Positions 18,335 to 29,295 of a DNA stretch of 32,839 nt are shown one piece after another. The first letter of the stretch is position 1. Each line of letters starts with the position of its first letter. The notes beneath the pieces were generated by a model. It did not search any database, was not told where the DNA came from, and saw only the letters and a list, made by a program, of their open reading frames with translations. The translations under genes were made by a program, and so were the position numbers. Where the stretch lies: the sequence record SRR2962707_1525. The stretch is one strand, 5' to 3'.

Positions 18335-19294
18335 ATGCGTAGGATGAACACCTGGGCCCGTGGCCTGGAGCCAAAGTTCGAAACCGAGGGACATGCTCCC
18401 CATGATGCCGCGACACGCCTGACAACCGGAGATTACATCGAAATCGGTCATAGCCCTAAGTTCACCCTGTCCCCGGACATGGCATTCTACATGATTGGCT
18501 CCTGTTTCGCCCGGGAGATCGAGAAGGCCTTTTCCAGGGAAAAGAAAACTGTGCTGTCGCAAATCGGGGCGCTCCCCGATGCCTGCAATGCAGAGCTCAA
18601 AGGGGATAATTCCTCTATCATGACAAAGTTCACGACGCATTCCATGCTCGTCGAACTGCAACAATGCCTTAATGATGTTGATCTGCCCCAAAAGGGTCTC
18701 ATCGAGGCGGCTCCAGGACAGTTTTTCAATCCACAGCTGCACCGCTTGCGCACGCTTGGATACGATGATGCTGTTGCTGTTCAGGATGTCGTCCGCACAA
18801 GCGTCAAGCGCATCCAGGATGCAGATGTGGTTTTCGTCACCCTAGGCCTCACCGAAGTGTGGTGGGACGACGAGCTGAACGTTCCGATGAACGTCGCCCC
18901 GATCCACTGGAAATTTGCCCGCGAAGGCAACCGCTTCCGATTTGAAAACACTGGTTATGCCGACAACCTGAAATCAGTTCACTCACTTGTGCAACTGATC
19001 CGCGCCAAGAGCCGCAAAGATGTAAAGATCATCCTGTCGGTCTCTCCGGTGCCGCTGAATCGGACCTTTACGGATCAGGACATCATCGTCGCCAACAGCT
19101 ATTCGAAATCGACACTGCGAACCGTCGCTCAGGAAATCCAGAGTAAGTACGATTTCGTTGATTACTTTCCGAGCTATGAAATCGTGACCAATTCCCCTCA
19201 GGACAAGGCTTGGAGACACGATATCCGCCACGTGCAAGGGGACATGGTGCGGCACGTGATTTCGACATTTATCGCAAACTACATCCCAAGCTAA
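18335..19294 (+). CDS. GSCFA-domain protein (SGNH-hydrolase-like)
   Basis: IGSCFA, VTLGLTEVW, LSVSPVPL, ANSYSKSTLR, YFPSYE and DIRH motifs. AGGA RBS. Confidence 0.92.
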   Translation: MRRMNTWARGLEPKFETEGHAPHDAATRLTTGDYIEIGHSPKFTLSPDMAFYMIGSCFAREIEKAFSREKKTVLSQIGALPDACNAELKGDNSSIMTKFTTHSMLVELQQCLNDVDLPQKGLIEAAPGQFFNPQLHRLRTLGYDDAVAVQDVVRTSVKRIQDADVVFVTLGLTEVWWDDELNVPMNVAPIHWKFAREGNRFRFENTGYADNLKSVHSLVQLIRAKSRKDVKIILSVSPVPLNRTFTDQDIIVANSYSKSTLRTVAQEIQSKYDFVDYFPSYEIVTNSPQDKAWRHDIRHVQGDMVRHVISTFIANYIPS

Positions 19295-19388
19295 GTTATC
19301 CGGCGGCCACTCAAGAGGCCATCCGCCACAGAGGGCTGCGGAGCCATGAACCCGGCTGGGACGGAGCGGAAGAAACCGTGTGCTGCCC

Positions 19389-20702
<1,314 letters not shown>

Positions 20703-20704
20703 TT

Positions 20705-21805
20705 ATGAAAATCATCATTCACATCGCATACCCTTCGGCGCAATCCGAACAGACCCGCCGTTTCCTGACCCGGAACTGGGGTTCTTTGGCCCAGGTCGGC
20801 ATTCTGTTGCCCGCCTTCGAATGCGACAGCCAGATATGGACATTGCACCAGCTTCTCAACCGCGATGAGACCGATGCCCACCGACCGCCCCCTGCCAGCT
20901 TCGCGACCGGCCATGACATCCTGCTCCGGGCCAGCCCAGCCTCGGCTGCAGCATTGAAGGCGCAAATCAAGCAGATTGCACCGGACACGCTGCTGCTGTG
21001 CCCTTCGCTGCCAATGGACGCTCCCGAAGACGGGTCCGGCCCCGCAGCCCTGGCGGAACTGCTTGGCAAGGTCGATGGTGACGTGAACATCCATGCCAGC
21101 CTGCCACGCCCCGATTTGCATCTTGAGCGCCTGCTGCACCGACGTATCAGCGGGGGTGCGGCGCTGGCGGAACTACCCCAAGAGGCACTGGCGCTGCTGC
21201 GGACAGCCCATGTGGATTATCGCCAGCTGCTATCCCCTTGGGTGAGTGCTTTTCCACAAGCCCGGTTGCATCTCGTGGCGGAACATTCCAGTGTCGAGGG
21301 GCTGTCGCCGGAAACCTTGGGCCGTGCATTCTGCCAGCGGGCTGGCCTGCCAGATCTGCCCGCTGCTGGGGCGCGCCCGCAGACCTCGCCGCAAGATCCG
21401 GATGCATCCCTGCCGATGGCGCTGCTCGACCCCATCCGCCACGCCAATCGGCTGTTTCCAGCAGAGGGGCGCCTGCGCCGTCGCCGCAGTCTCCTGCACC
21501 GCTATGCCGCGCTGGACCTGCCCGCCGACGATAAGGTGGAACTTTTCGGGCCCGAGATCCGAAAGCAGTTGCTGGAGACCTTTTTGCCCGTGGCCCACGA
21601 ACTCGGGCGACTGAACGGTGGTCAAACCGTCTTTGCCGCCCCCGAGGAGATGCTCAGCCTGCGTCCTGTACCGTTGCCGGATCTGCGCCCACGCCTGCAA
21701 TCGGCCCTCCCGGGCCTGCCGCTCGGGATATTTCAGCCGCACCTGATCAGGATTCGCCGTGCCCTTGCCCAAAAACGCCCTGACGCCCCCGGCTCCCCAT
21801 GTTAG
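20705..21805 (+). CDS. degenerate paralogue of the downstream sulfotransferase-like P-loop protein
   Basis: MKIIIHIA...FLTRNWGSLAQVGILLP, RPD, HVDYR..L.PW, SLPMA and VELFG match the 21858 protein, but the P-loop residues are absent. Confidence 0.7.
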   Translation: MKIIIHIAYPSAQSEQTRRFLTRNWGSLAQVGILLPAFECDSQIWTLHQLLNRDETDAHRPPPASFATGHDILLRASPASAAALKAQIKQIAPDTLLLCPSLPMDAPEDGSGPAALAELLGKVDGDVNIHASLPRPDLHLERLLHRRISGGAALAELPQEALALLRTAHVDYRQLLSPWVSAFPQARLHLVAEHSSVEGLSPETLGRAFCQRAGLPDLPAAGARPQTSPQDPDASLPMALLDPIRHANRLFPAEGRLRRRRSLLHRYAALDLPADDKVELFGPEIRKQLLETFLPVAHELGRLNGGQTVFAAPEEMLSLRPVPLPDLRPRLQSALPGLPLGIFQPHLIRIRRALAQKRPDAPGSPC

Positions 21806-21857
21806 ATGCGCAGGGTGCCTTCCAGAGACTTCCCTCTGAGAAAACCTCCGGACGTTT

Positions 21858-22982
21858 ATGAAAGTCATTCTGTATATCGGCCACCACAAGGTCGGCTCCA
21901 CGGCCCTACAGGTCTTTCTCACCCGCAACTGGGCCACCCTCGTACGCCTCGGAATCCTTTATCCCAGCATCGAGCACCGGGGATATGCCCACAACATGCG
22001 CCAGTTGCTGAAACGGTCTCCGCTCAAGATCCTGCCGGTGCATATACGCGAACCCCACAACGCCCTGGCCTACCGGATGATCGCCGATGCCAGCCGCCGG
22101 GAGATCCCACCGCAATTCGGCCATCTGCCGGAAACCGGCGATATGCTGGCCATGATGCAGCGTCAGGTGGAGGCTCTGGCTCCGCAAACCGTGATCCTCT
22201 GCGCCGAGGCTTTTTCCAATTTCGGCGAAGTCAGCCCGGAGCTGATCACCCGGCTCTGTAATACCTTTGCCGGGGCTGATTTCACCATCTACTGCGCCTT
22301 GCGCCGCCCCGATGAATATCTGGCCTCCTGGCACGGCCAACGGCTGAAAGTGGGTGAGCCTGTCATGCCTTTGCGCGCCGACGGGGTGCATCAGTACCTC
22401 AAGACCGTTCATTTCAACTATCGCACCGTGGTGGAACCCTGGATCCAGAGGGTTCCACAGGCGCAGGTTCTGTTACGCAACTACAGGGACATCCTGGCCA
22501 ACGGTGGTTCAGTGGAAGATTTCACCGCTCTGTGCCATATCGATCTGGCAGAAGGGCTGATCCCGCCTGGCCAGTCGAACCCCAGCCTGCCGCTGGCGGC
22601 CTTTGCCGTGATGGAGCGCGCCAACCGGGACCTGGCCCCCCAGCCGCGTCACACTCTGTCGATGTTCCTGCAGCAGAAGGCCGACAGGATTTGCCCGGTT
22701 CCAAACCGCGAGGTTGAGGTCTTTGGCGCCGCGCAACGCGCGCAGATGCTGGAGGCCTTCCGCCCCCATGACAGCTACCTCGCCGAGTTGACCGGTCAGC
22801 CCCGCTTCTTCGACGATCTTGACAGAGTTCTCATTCCGCGACTGGTGCCGGACGAGGAGGCCGCGCGCCAGTTCCTGGATGCCATCGACCCCGAGATCAT
22901 CCCCCATCCGATTGCGCAGAACTTTATCATCGCCCTCAAGAAGACCTTTGTTTCCGCACCACAGGCCAAAATCTACTCATGA
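21858..22982 (+). CDS. sulfotransferase-like P-loop protein (polysaccharide-locus hypothetical family)
   Basis: YIGHHKVGSTALQ (5'-PSB-like loop), GILYP, ILCAEAFS and LRRPDEYLASW (3'-PB-like R...S). Confidence 0.72.
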   Translation: MKVILYIGHHKVGSTALQVFLTRNWATLVRLGILYPSIEHRGYAHNMRQLLKRSPLKILPVHIREPHNALAYRMIADASRREIPPQFGHLPETGDMLAMMQRQVEALAPQTVILCAEAFSNFGEVSPELITRLCNTFAGADFTIYCALRRPDEYLASWHGQRLKVGEPVMPLRADGVHQYLKTVHFNYRTVVEPWIQRVPQAQVLLRNYRDILANGGSVEDFTALCHIDLAEGLIPPGQSNPSLPLAAFAVMERANRDLAPQPRHTLSMFLQQKADRICPVPNREVEVFGAAQRAQMLEAFRPHDSYLAELTGQPRFFDDLDRVLIPRLVPDEEAARQFLDAIDPEIIPHPIAQNFIIALKKTFVSAPQAKIYS

Positions 22983-24805
22983 TCACCCTTCAAAACATTA
23001 TCGCGCCTGAAATTGGCATCTGTACGGAAAACAAGCTCTATTACAGGGAAGATGGCGTCATCGGCGTCGATCTGGAGCGCCGTCTCTATCGGGTCCCGCC
23101 GGGCTGCCGGATCGGGTTCGACACCTATTTCAACCTCTTCAACCTCGACAGCTGGCTCGGCCATTGCGTGCTCAACGGTCTGTTTCTGGAGATCGACGGC
23201 AGCGGCGAGGCGGAGGTGCGGGTGCACCAGGATCTGCCCGGCAGTTCTTGCGAGGTGATCTGGTCGCAGGTGATCACGCTCAGCGCCGACGCTCCACTCA
23301 TACTCGAACTGGACAAGTTGCTGCTTGAGCCGCGGGGTGTTGTGTCCTTCAGCGTCACCGCCCTGTCTGCCCCCGTCACGCTGCACCATGCGCGTTTTGC
23401 CACTGCCAGCATGCCCGCAGAACGCGCAACTGCCCTGCCTGAAATGGCGATTTCCATCACCACCTTTCGCCGTGAGGAGATGGTCAAGCGCACCGTGGAA
23501 AGGGTTGCGGTATTTTTGGCCGGTTTCGAGTATGGTGACCGCATCCGCCTGCAGGTGGTCGACAACGGCCAGAGCGCCAACCTGAGCGCCAGCGATCATC
23601 TGCATGTCTATCCGAACCCCAATTACGGCGGCGCCGGTGGTTTCGCCCGGGGACTGCTAGAGGCAACAGCGGTAGGCAGCAGCCACTGCCTGTTCATGGA
23701 TGACGATGCCGCCTTCAGCATGGAGAATGTCACCCGCGTCTATATGTTTCTGGCCCTCGCCCGCGATCCGCGCACCGCAGTGGCGGGAGCGATGATCAAC
23801 ACCACCAAAAAATGGGCGATCTGGGAGAGTGGTGCCTGGTTCGATGGTGCCTGCCGACCGTTGTTCAACGGCGTCAATCTGCGCAACCGCGCCCGGTTGA
23901 TGACGATGCAGCACGCCCAGAACGACCCCCGGCCCAAGACGCTTTATGGCGGCTGGTGGTTCTTTGCTTTCCCCGTTGCCGGGCTGCGCCATCACCCCTT
24001 TCCCTTCTTCGTGCGCGGCGACGATATCAGCTTCTCGCTGGCCAATGATTTTACCATCCGCACGCTGAACGGGGTGGTCTCCTTCCAAGATGACTTCACC
24101 GAAAAGGAAAGCGCCCAGACTCTCTATCTCGATCTGCGCAACCACCTGATCCATCATCTGGTCTTTGATGACCTCGCCCGCAGCCCGCTTGGCACAGCGC
24201 GGGTGGCCGTGCGTTTTATCCTGCGTTCGCTCTTGCGACTGCACTATTCCAGCGCCCAAGCGCAGATCCTCGCCTGGCAGGACGTGATGGAAGGACCGCA
24301 GTTCTTTGATGCGAACATGGACATGAGCCTCCGCCGTGCCCACATCCGCGATATGTCCGAGGATGAAGACTGGCAGCCGCTTGCCGATCTACCCTACCCG
24401 GCGCCGCGCAACCGGATCTTCACTCGGGTGTCACGCAAGCTGCGCACATGGCTTGGGCTGTTGACCCTGAACGGCCATGTGATCCCCTTCTGGTCCCGTA
24501 TGGGCAGCCGCACCCAGCAGAGCATCGCTCAGCGCGGGCTGGTCTATTACGCCTTCGGCGCGGCCGAGATCACCTTCGTCAACACCGCCCACAACAAGGC
24601 CTATACCCTGCGCCATTCCAAGCGGCGCTTCTTTCGTATCAGTTGGCAGATGCTGCGCACAATGGCCCGGTTCCTGCGCGACTTTGATCGCATCAAGGCA
24701 GAATGGCGCCGGGGCTATGACGAGATGACCACAGCTGCCTATTGGCACAGCCACCTCGACGCTTCCGGGAAAGAGGTATCAGAGACCGGCGAAAACAGGC
24801 TTTGA
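22979..24805 (+). CDS. GlfT2-like GT2 glycosyltransferase (probable galactofuranosyltransferase)
   Basis: N-terminal FDTYFNLF..W domain, ITTFRR, VVDNG, NYGGAGGFARG, FMDDD, YGGWWFFAF and PFFVRGDDI. ATGA overlap. Confidence 0.9.
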   Translation: MITLQNIIAPEIGICTENKLYYREDGVIGVDLERRLYRVPPGCRIGFDTYFNLFNLDSWLGHCVLNGLFLEIDGSGEAEVRVHQDLPGSSCEVIWSQVITLSADAPLILELDKLLLEPRGVVSFSVTALSAPVTLHHARFATASMPAERATALPEMAISITTFRREEMVKRTVERVAVFLAGFEYGDRIRLQVVDNGQSANLSASDHLHVYPNPNYGGAGGFARGLLEATAVGSSHCLFMDDDAAFSMENVTRVYMFLALARDPRTAVAGAMINTTKKWAIWESGAWFDGACRPLFNGVNLRNRARLMTMQHAQNDPRPKTLYGGWWFFAFPVAGLRHHPFPFFVRGDDISFSLANDFTIRTLNGVVSFQDDFTEKESAQTLYLDLRNHLIHHLVFDDLARSPLGTARVAVRFILRSLLRLHYSSAQAQILAWQDVMEGPQFFDANMDMSLRRAHIRDMSEDEDWQPLADLPYPAPRNRIFTRVSRKLRTWLGLLTLNGHVIPFWSRMGSRTQQSIAQRGLVYYAFGAAEITFVNTAHNKAYTLRHSKRRFFRISWQMLRTMARFLRDFDRIKAEWRRGYDEMTTAAYWHSHLDASGKEVSETGENRL

Positions 24806-24827
24806 ATAAGGGTATTTCAGAGCCTGA

Positions 24828-25481
24828 TCATTTCAGCGCGGCCTCATGCACGGCAATGGCTTCTTCGATGTCTTCGTAATATTTTGCCTTGCCACCTTCG
24901 AGGACGAGGCCCGCGTTGCAAAATTTGCGCACCTCACCCATGGAGTGATTGACCAGAATGGCAGAGGCATTTCTGACCCGTTCCTGAAACACCTGATGGC
25001 TTTTTCGTTTGAACGCCTGATCGCCCACCGCAGTGACCTCATCCACAAGATAGGTGTCGAATCTGATCCCCATCGAGGCGCCAAAGGTCAGACGCGAGCG
25101 CATGCCGCTGGAATAGGTCCGCATCGGCATGTCGTAAGACCTGCCCAACTCGGCAAAGTCTCCGACGAAATCGACGAGCCCATCCGTGTCCACGCCATAG
25201 ATCCTAGCGATGAAGCGGACGTTTTCCGCCCCGGTCAGATCACCGTGAAACGACGACGCCAGCCCCACTGGCCAAGAGGTGGTGCCATCGCTCAGCACGC
25301 GCCCGCCATCGGCTGGCAGCGTGCCTGCGATAATCTCCAGAAGGGTCGATTTCCCCGCCCCATTCCGCCCGAGCAAGGCCAAGGATTTGCCCGTGGGCAG
25401 GGTCAGAGACAGATCGTCGATCACGATCTTGCGCTCGCCCTTGATCCAAAAACTCTTGGTCAGGTTTTCCAGCCGGATCAT
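24828..25481 (-). CDS. kpsT: capsular polysaccharide ABC transporter ATP-binding protein
   Basis: GRNGAGKST, SWPVG, TGAEN, YSSGMRSRL and YLVDEVTAVGD. 217 aa. Confidence 0.95.
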   Translation of the reverse strand: MIRLENLTKSFWIKGERKIVIDDLSLTLPTGKSLALLGRNGAGKSTLLEIIAGTLPADGGRVLSDGTTSWPVGLASSFHGDLTGAENVRFIARIYGVDTDGLVDFVGDFAELGRSYDMPMRTYSSGMRSRLTFGASMGIRFDTYLVDEVTAVGDQAFKRKSHQVFQERVRNASAILVNHSMGEVRKFCNAGLVLEGGKAKYYEDIEEAIAVHEAALK

Positions 25482-25491
25482 GCCTGTCGCC

Positions 25492-26874
25492 TTATCGCCG
25501 GTCGCGGACAGAGTGGTAGATCAGTGTCACAATGGACCATCCCATCAGTAGAAACAGCCCTGCCAGCCCCACGATCAGTATCCGGCGCGGATATCCGGAA
25601 TCCTCCGCACGGGTTGGATTGATATAGGTCGCCAGATAGCGGCTTTGCCGTGTCGCCTCGTCACGGGCAAGCTCCATCGAGGTCAACGCCACCCGGTAGG
25701 TCTGTTCTGCGAATTCCCGGTCCACACTCAACCGTTCGAACTCCGAGATCAGTTCGGGATAGGTTTCCCCTGCGCCGCCGCCATCGAGGCTGTTCGAGTA
25801 AGCTAAGTTCGTTCGCTCCTGATCAATGCGCTCGCGGATCACATTGATGCGGCGCTGCGCGGTCACCAGCCGCGGATCATCGGCACTGACAGACCCAGGC
25901 AACAGGTCGTATTGCACCAAGGTCTCGGCCAGTTGCTGCTGGAGGTTGTTCATCACGCCCATGCGGCCCTGAATATCTGCAGCAGGATCCACGATACGGG
26001 TCCGGGTGCGGAACTGGACCATCGCCTCTCGCGCGGTTCTCAGCCGTTCCACGGCTTCGGTCAAATCTGCACGCGCATAGAGCATGGCATCCTCACGCGC
26101 CTGCATGTTGAGAGTATTTATGCGGGCCTGCGAATGCACCATGATCGCTTCCGTGATTGCCTGCGCCATGTCGCGATCATAAGCCACGGCCTGAATTTCG
26201 ATCAGGCTGGAACTGCTGTCATAAGACACGCTGACGATACGCTGCCAAAACCAGATCAGATCCTCAATGGTCGCCGAGGGCCAGAGCGCGAAGGCCCAGT
26301 CCCTTGGCCAATGCGTCGCGTAATGATCCACCAACCCCAGCTCGGCGTTGATCGCCTCAACTATTTCCTGACTCTGGATGAATTTATAAAGGATATCACT
26401 GTCCGAGGCGGTACTACCCCCGGTTCCCGCAAAATTCGCGAGCCCCCCCAGAAGATCCGTCGCGGTAGCGCCTTCCTGACTGCGCACAAGGAAACCGGCC
26501 TTGGACACATATTGGTCTTCTGCGATCAGAACGAGATAAAGGGTCACCGCAACCAGCGGCGCTACGACCGCCGCGAAGAAACTGAAAAGCACCCCCCAAT
26601 GGCGTTTTTTCATCCGCGCGGGCTGTGCGGTCGGTGCAACCTTCGGTTCTGCGATCTTGCGGTTCAGTTCGCGAACCTTGTCCTCGGCCGACTTTGCCCG
26701 CGCCTGCAGCGCTTTGATCTCTTTATCGGCCTCATTGGGAATGGCGGCTTTTTTTGGCGCAGGTATCGGCTTGGAGGCCGTCTCCTCAACCTTGGTCGTC
26801 TTTTGCGGTTCGCCCTCCGCCTTCGGTGGCTTCGCGTCGTCCGCAGGTTTGATAGGGGTTATATTGTCACTCAA
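25492..26874 (-). CDS. kpsE: capsule export inner-membrane polysaccharide co-polymerase (KpsE/RkpR-like)
   Basis: Two TM helices flank a coiled-coil periplasmic domain. DQYVSKAGFLVRS, RYLATYINPT..YPRR. The TTG start is uncertain and the N-terminal extension is low-complexity. Confidence 0.88.
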   Translation of the reverse strand: MSDNITPIKPADDAKPPKAEGEPQKTTKVEETASKPIPAPKKAAIPNEADKEIKALQARAKSAEDKVRELNRKIAEPKVAPTAQPARMKKRHWGVLFSFFAAVVAPLVAVTLYLVLIAEDQYVSKAGFLVRSQEGATATDLLGGLANFAGTGGSTASDSDILYKFIQSQEIVEAINAELGLVDHYATHWPRDWAFALWPSATIEDLIWFWQRIVSVSYDSSSSLIEIQAVAYDRDMAQAITEAIMVHSQARINTLNMQAREDAMLYARADLTEAVERLRTAREAMVQFRTRTRIVDPAADIQGRMGVMNNLQQQLAETLVQYDLLPGSVSADDPRLVTAQRRINVIRERIDQERTNLAYSNSLDGGGAGETYPELISEFERLSVDREFAEQTYRVALTSMELARDEATRQSRYLATYINPTRAEDSGYPRRILIVGLAGLFLLMGWSIVTLIYHSVRDRR

Positions 26875-27045
26875 AACGGCATCGCTTTTTGGAAAGACAT
26901 ATTTGCTGGGCTATCACGCAATTGTCCCGGCAATCAATGGTGGCGTGCACTGCCAGCGTGCAAAGCGCCATTTGTCACCGCAAACGCAATCCTTCATACT
27001 GCGCCCTAGCGCAGTTGCCGCGCCCTGATTTCCCCCGAGGTTTGC

Positions 27046-27870
27046 ATGAACGATACTCCGCAGCCCCCCGTCCTGCCTACCTTGACCGCAGCGCACAGCG
27101 GCACCCGGCGCTTTGCGACTGCCCGTACGATCATCGCCCTGATCCTGCGGGAAATGTCGACGCGCTATGGCCGAACCCCCGGGGGCTATCTGTGGACAGT
27201 TCTGGAACCTCTCGCCGCGATTCTGTTTCTCAGCCTTGGGTTTTCGCTGGTGTTTCGCAGCCCCGCGCTCGGCAACAGCTTCCTTCTGTTCTATGCCACG
27301 GGCTACATGCCATTTGATCTCTATGGCACACTCGCGCGCACCTGCCGTCATGCCATCGGGTTTTCCAAACCCCTGCTGCGCTACCCCGCCGTCACCTGGG
27401 TGGATGCAATACTTGCACGGGTGGTGCTGAACGGGCTGACCGGATTGCTCAACACCTTTTTGCTGCTGGCCGGGATTCTGCTGTTCACTGATGCACGCGC
27501 CATCGTAAATCCCGAGCCAATCCTGATGTCCTTGCTGCTGACGATCCTCCTGGGTATGGGGGTTGGCTCGATCAATGCGGTGGTCACCGCCTTCTTTCCG
27601 ATCTGGGATATCATCTGGGGGGTGATCAACCGGCCCCTCTTTATCGCCTCCGGAACACTCTTCCTCTACGATGACATGCCACGATTTGCCCAGGATATCC
27701 TGTGGTACAATCCTCTCATTCATATCATCGGCCTGATGCGGCGAGGGTTTTATTCAACCTATACAGCAGCCTATGTCAGCGAGCTTTACGTGCTCATGCT
27801 GAGCCTCGGGCTGACCACCTTTGGCTTTATATTGCTTGCCCGCTTCAACCGCGACATTATGAACCGCTGA
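27046..27870 (+). CDS. kpsM: capsular polysaccharide ABC transporter permease
   Basis: ALILREMSTRYGRTPGGYLWTVLEP, RPLFIASG and LWYNPLIHII..MR.GFY. About 6 TM segments. Confidence 0.95.
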   Translation: MNDTPQPPVLPTLTAAHSGTRRFATARTIIALILREMSTRYGRTPGGYLWTVLEPLAAILFLSLGFSLVFRSPALGNSFLLFYATGYMPFDLYGTLARTCRHAIGFSKPLLRYPAVTWVDAILARVVLNGLTGLLNTFLLLAGILLFTDARAIVNPEPILMSLLLTILLGMGVGSINAVVTAFFPIWDIIWGVINRPLFIASGTLFLYDDMPRFAQDILWYNPLIHIIGLMRRGFYSTYTAAYVSELYVLMLSLGLTTFGFILLARFNRDIMNR

Positions 27871-27893
27871 ACGCGCGCGGCTTGCCTGTGGTC

Positions 27894-28895
27894 TTAACCC
27901 TGCCGGGTGGCCAGTTCCCGCACTTTGGCGTGCGGCATCGTCTTGCGCCCCAGCAGACCATCGCAGACTGCGCGGCGCAGCAGGCGCAAGAAGACCGGGG
28001 CCTCTGCCCCGTAGTGCCGCGCCTTGAGCAGCCATTTCGGCAGGATCGCCAGAAGCGCCGGCCAGAACAGGACCCCCGCCGCCATCCGGTAGAGGAACAA
28101 CAGGTTGCGGTGGTAATAATAAGCCTTCCAGAGGGGCGCAATCCGCCCCCGCTGCACGGCCTGCGCCCCCGTGTCACCGGCAAAACTGGTCAAGTCATGT
28201 TCAAACCGTACCGAAGGCTCAAAGCCAATCCGCCCGCCCTTTTTGCTCAGCCCCAGCGTATAGAGACCGTCGTCGCCGTAGATAAACAGATCGGGATCCG
28301 GATAGCCGATTTTCCGTACCGTCTCTGCCGAAATGAAGAAGCCGACAAAGGAGGTGACATCGATGCCAAAGCCCTCGCCCTCATAAGAGGCGGGGGAGAT
28401 ATGAAATCCTGAACGCCCGCCCCCCAGCAGCGTGCGCAGAAACTCGCGCCGGTGCCAGAACGGATTGCGGGAGGGTCGGTTCATCTCGCAAATCTCGCCC
28501 GAGGGGAAATAGACCGCGGCGGCCATCGCATCCCACTTGCCCTCCGGTACGGCGTGAAACGCGGCCAGCCCGCCGGGCGCGGGGCGGCCATCGTCATCCA
28601 TCATCACCAGCCAGTCCGGTGCATGCTGCGCCATGGCGTGGCGCATCCCGCGTTCAAACCCGCCCGCGCCGCCGACATTCTTCTCGCTCGACAGCACATC
28701 AAGACGTGGATTGCTGAGGCTGGTCAGCCATGCACCAGTGCCATCGGTGGAGGCATTGTCGAGCACCACCACCATTGCCAACTCTTCAGCCGCGCTTCCA
28801 AGCAAGCGCGCCAGCGTGACTTGCAGCTTGTCCAGCCGATTGTAGGTTACCACCACGGCCACCAGCCGACACTGCGCCTGATCAGGGAAGGACAT
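27894..28895 (-). CDS. GT2 glycosyltransferase (GlfT1/WbbN-like)
   Basis: AVVVTYNR, VLDNASTDGT, NVGGAGGF, MMDDD, SFVGFFI, FIYGDD and YYYHRN. AAGGAG upstream of the ATG. Confidence 0.9.
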   Translation of the reverse strand: MSFPDQAQCRLVAVVVTYNRLDKLQVTLARLLGSAAEELAMVVVLDNASTDGTGAWLTSLSNPRLDVLSSEKNVGGAGGFERGMRHAMAQHAPDWLVMMDDDGRPAPGGLAAFHAVPEGKWDAMAAAVYFPSGEICEMNRPSRNPFWHRREFLRTLLGGGRSGFHISPASYEGEGFGIDVTSFVGFFISAETVRKIGYPDPDLFIYGDDGLYTLGLSKKGGRIGFEPSVRFEHDLTSFAGDTGAQAVQRGRIAPLWKAYYYHRNLLFLYRMAAGVLFWPALLAILPKWLLKARHYGAEAPVFLRLLRRAVCDGLLGRKTMPHAKVRELATRQG

Positions 28896-29126
28896 ATATC
28901 TGGCGCGCTCCTTGGTCGCGAATCGTGGTCTTCGGGCGCCGGGAAACAGGTAAAGTTGGCGACTGAGAAACCGCGTGTGTCCTGCACATGCCAAACCCCG
29001 TCAGTTTGCGCTATAAAAAAGCACCGCACAACGCCTCTGGTCTGCCCTTGCTGGTCGGGATGGAACCCCGAGGAAATAGCACAGGGTTGTGACCGCCTCG
29101 CCGCAGGGGCGGGCCCGGCTAACTGT

Positions 29127-29258
29127 CTAGCTGCGCATCCGGGTCACCCTGGCCGGGCTGCCGACCCTGGTGGCCGTCGTGGCACCGATCCAACAATCCG
29201 CGCCGATGGTTACGTCGCGCCCCAGCCGCATCATCAGACCGTTTTTCTTGACTGCCAT
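29127..29258 (-). pseudogene. internally deleted remnant of a left-handed beta-helix (hexapeptide) O-acetyltransferase, 43 codons
   Basis: Manual translation gives MAVKKNGLMMRLGRDVTIGADCWIGATTATRVGSPARVTRMRS*, with DVTIGADCWIGA and GSPARV motifs. GGAGG RBS upstream. Not in the ORF track. Confidence 0.75.
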
Positions 29259-29295
29259 TACCGCGCTTTCCCCTCCGGCGTCTTCTGCCTATGGT

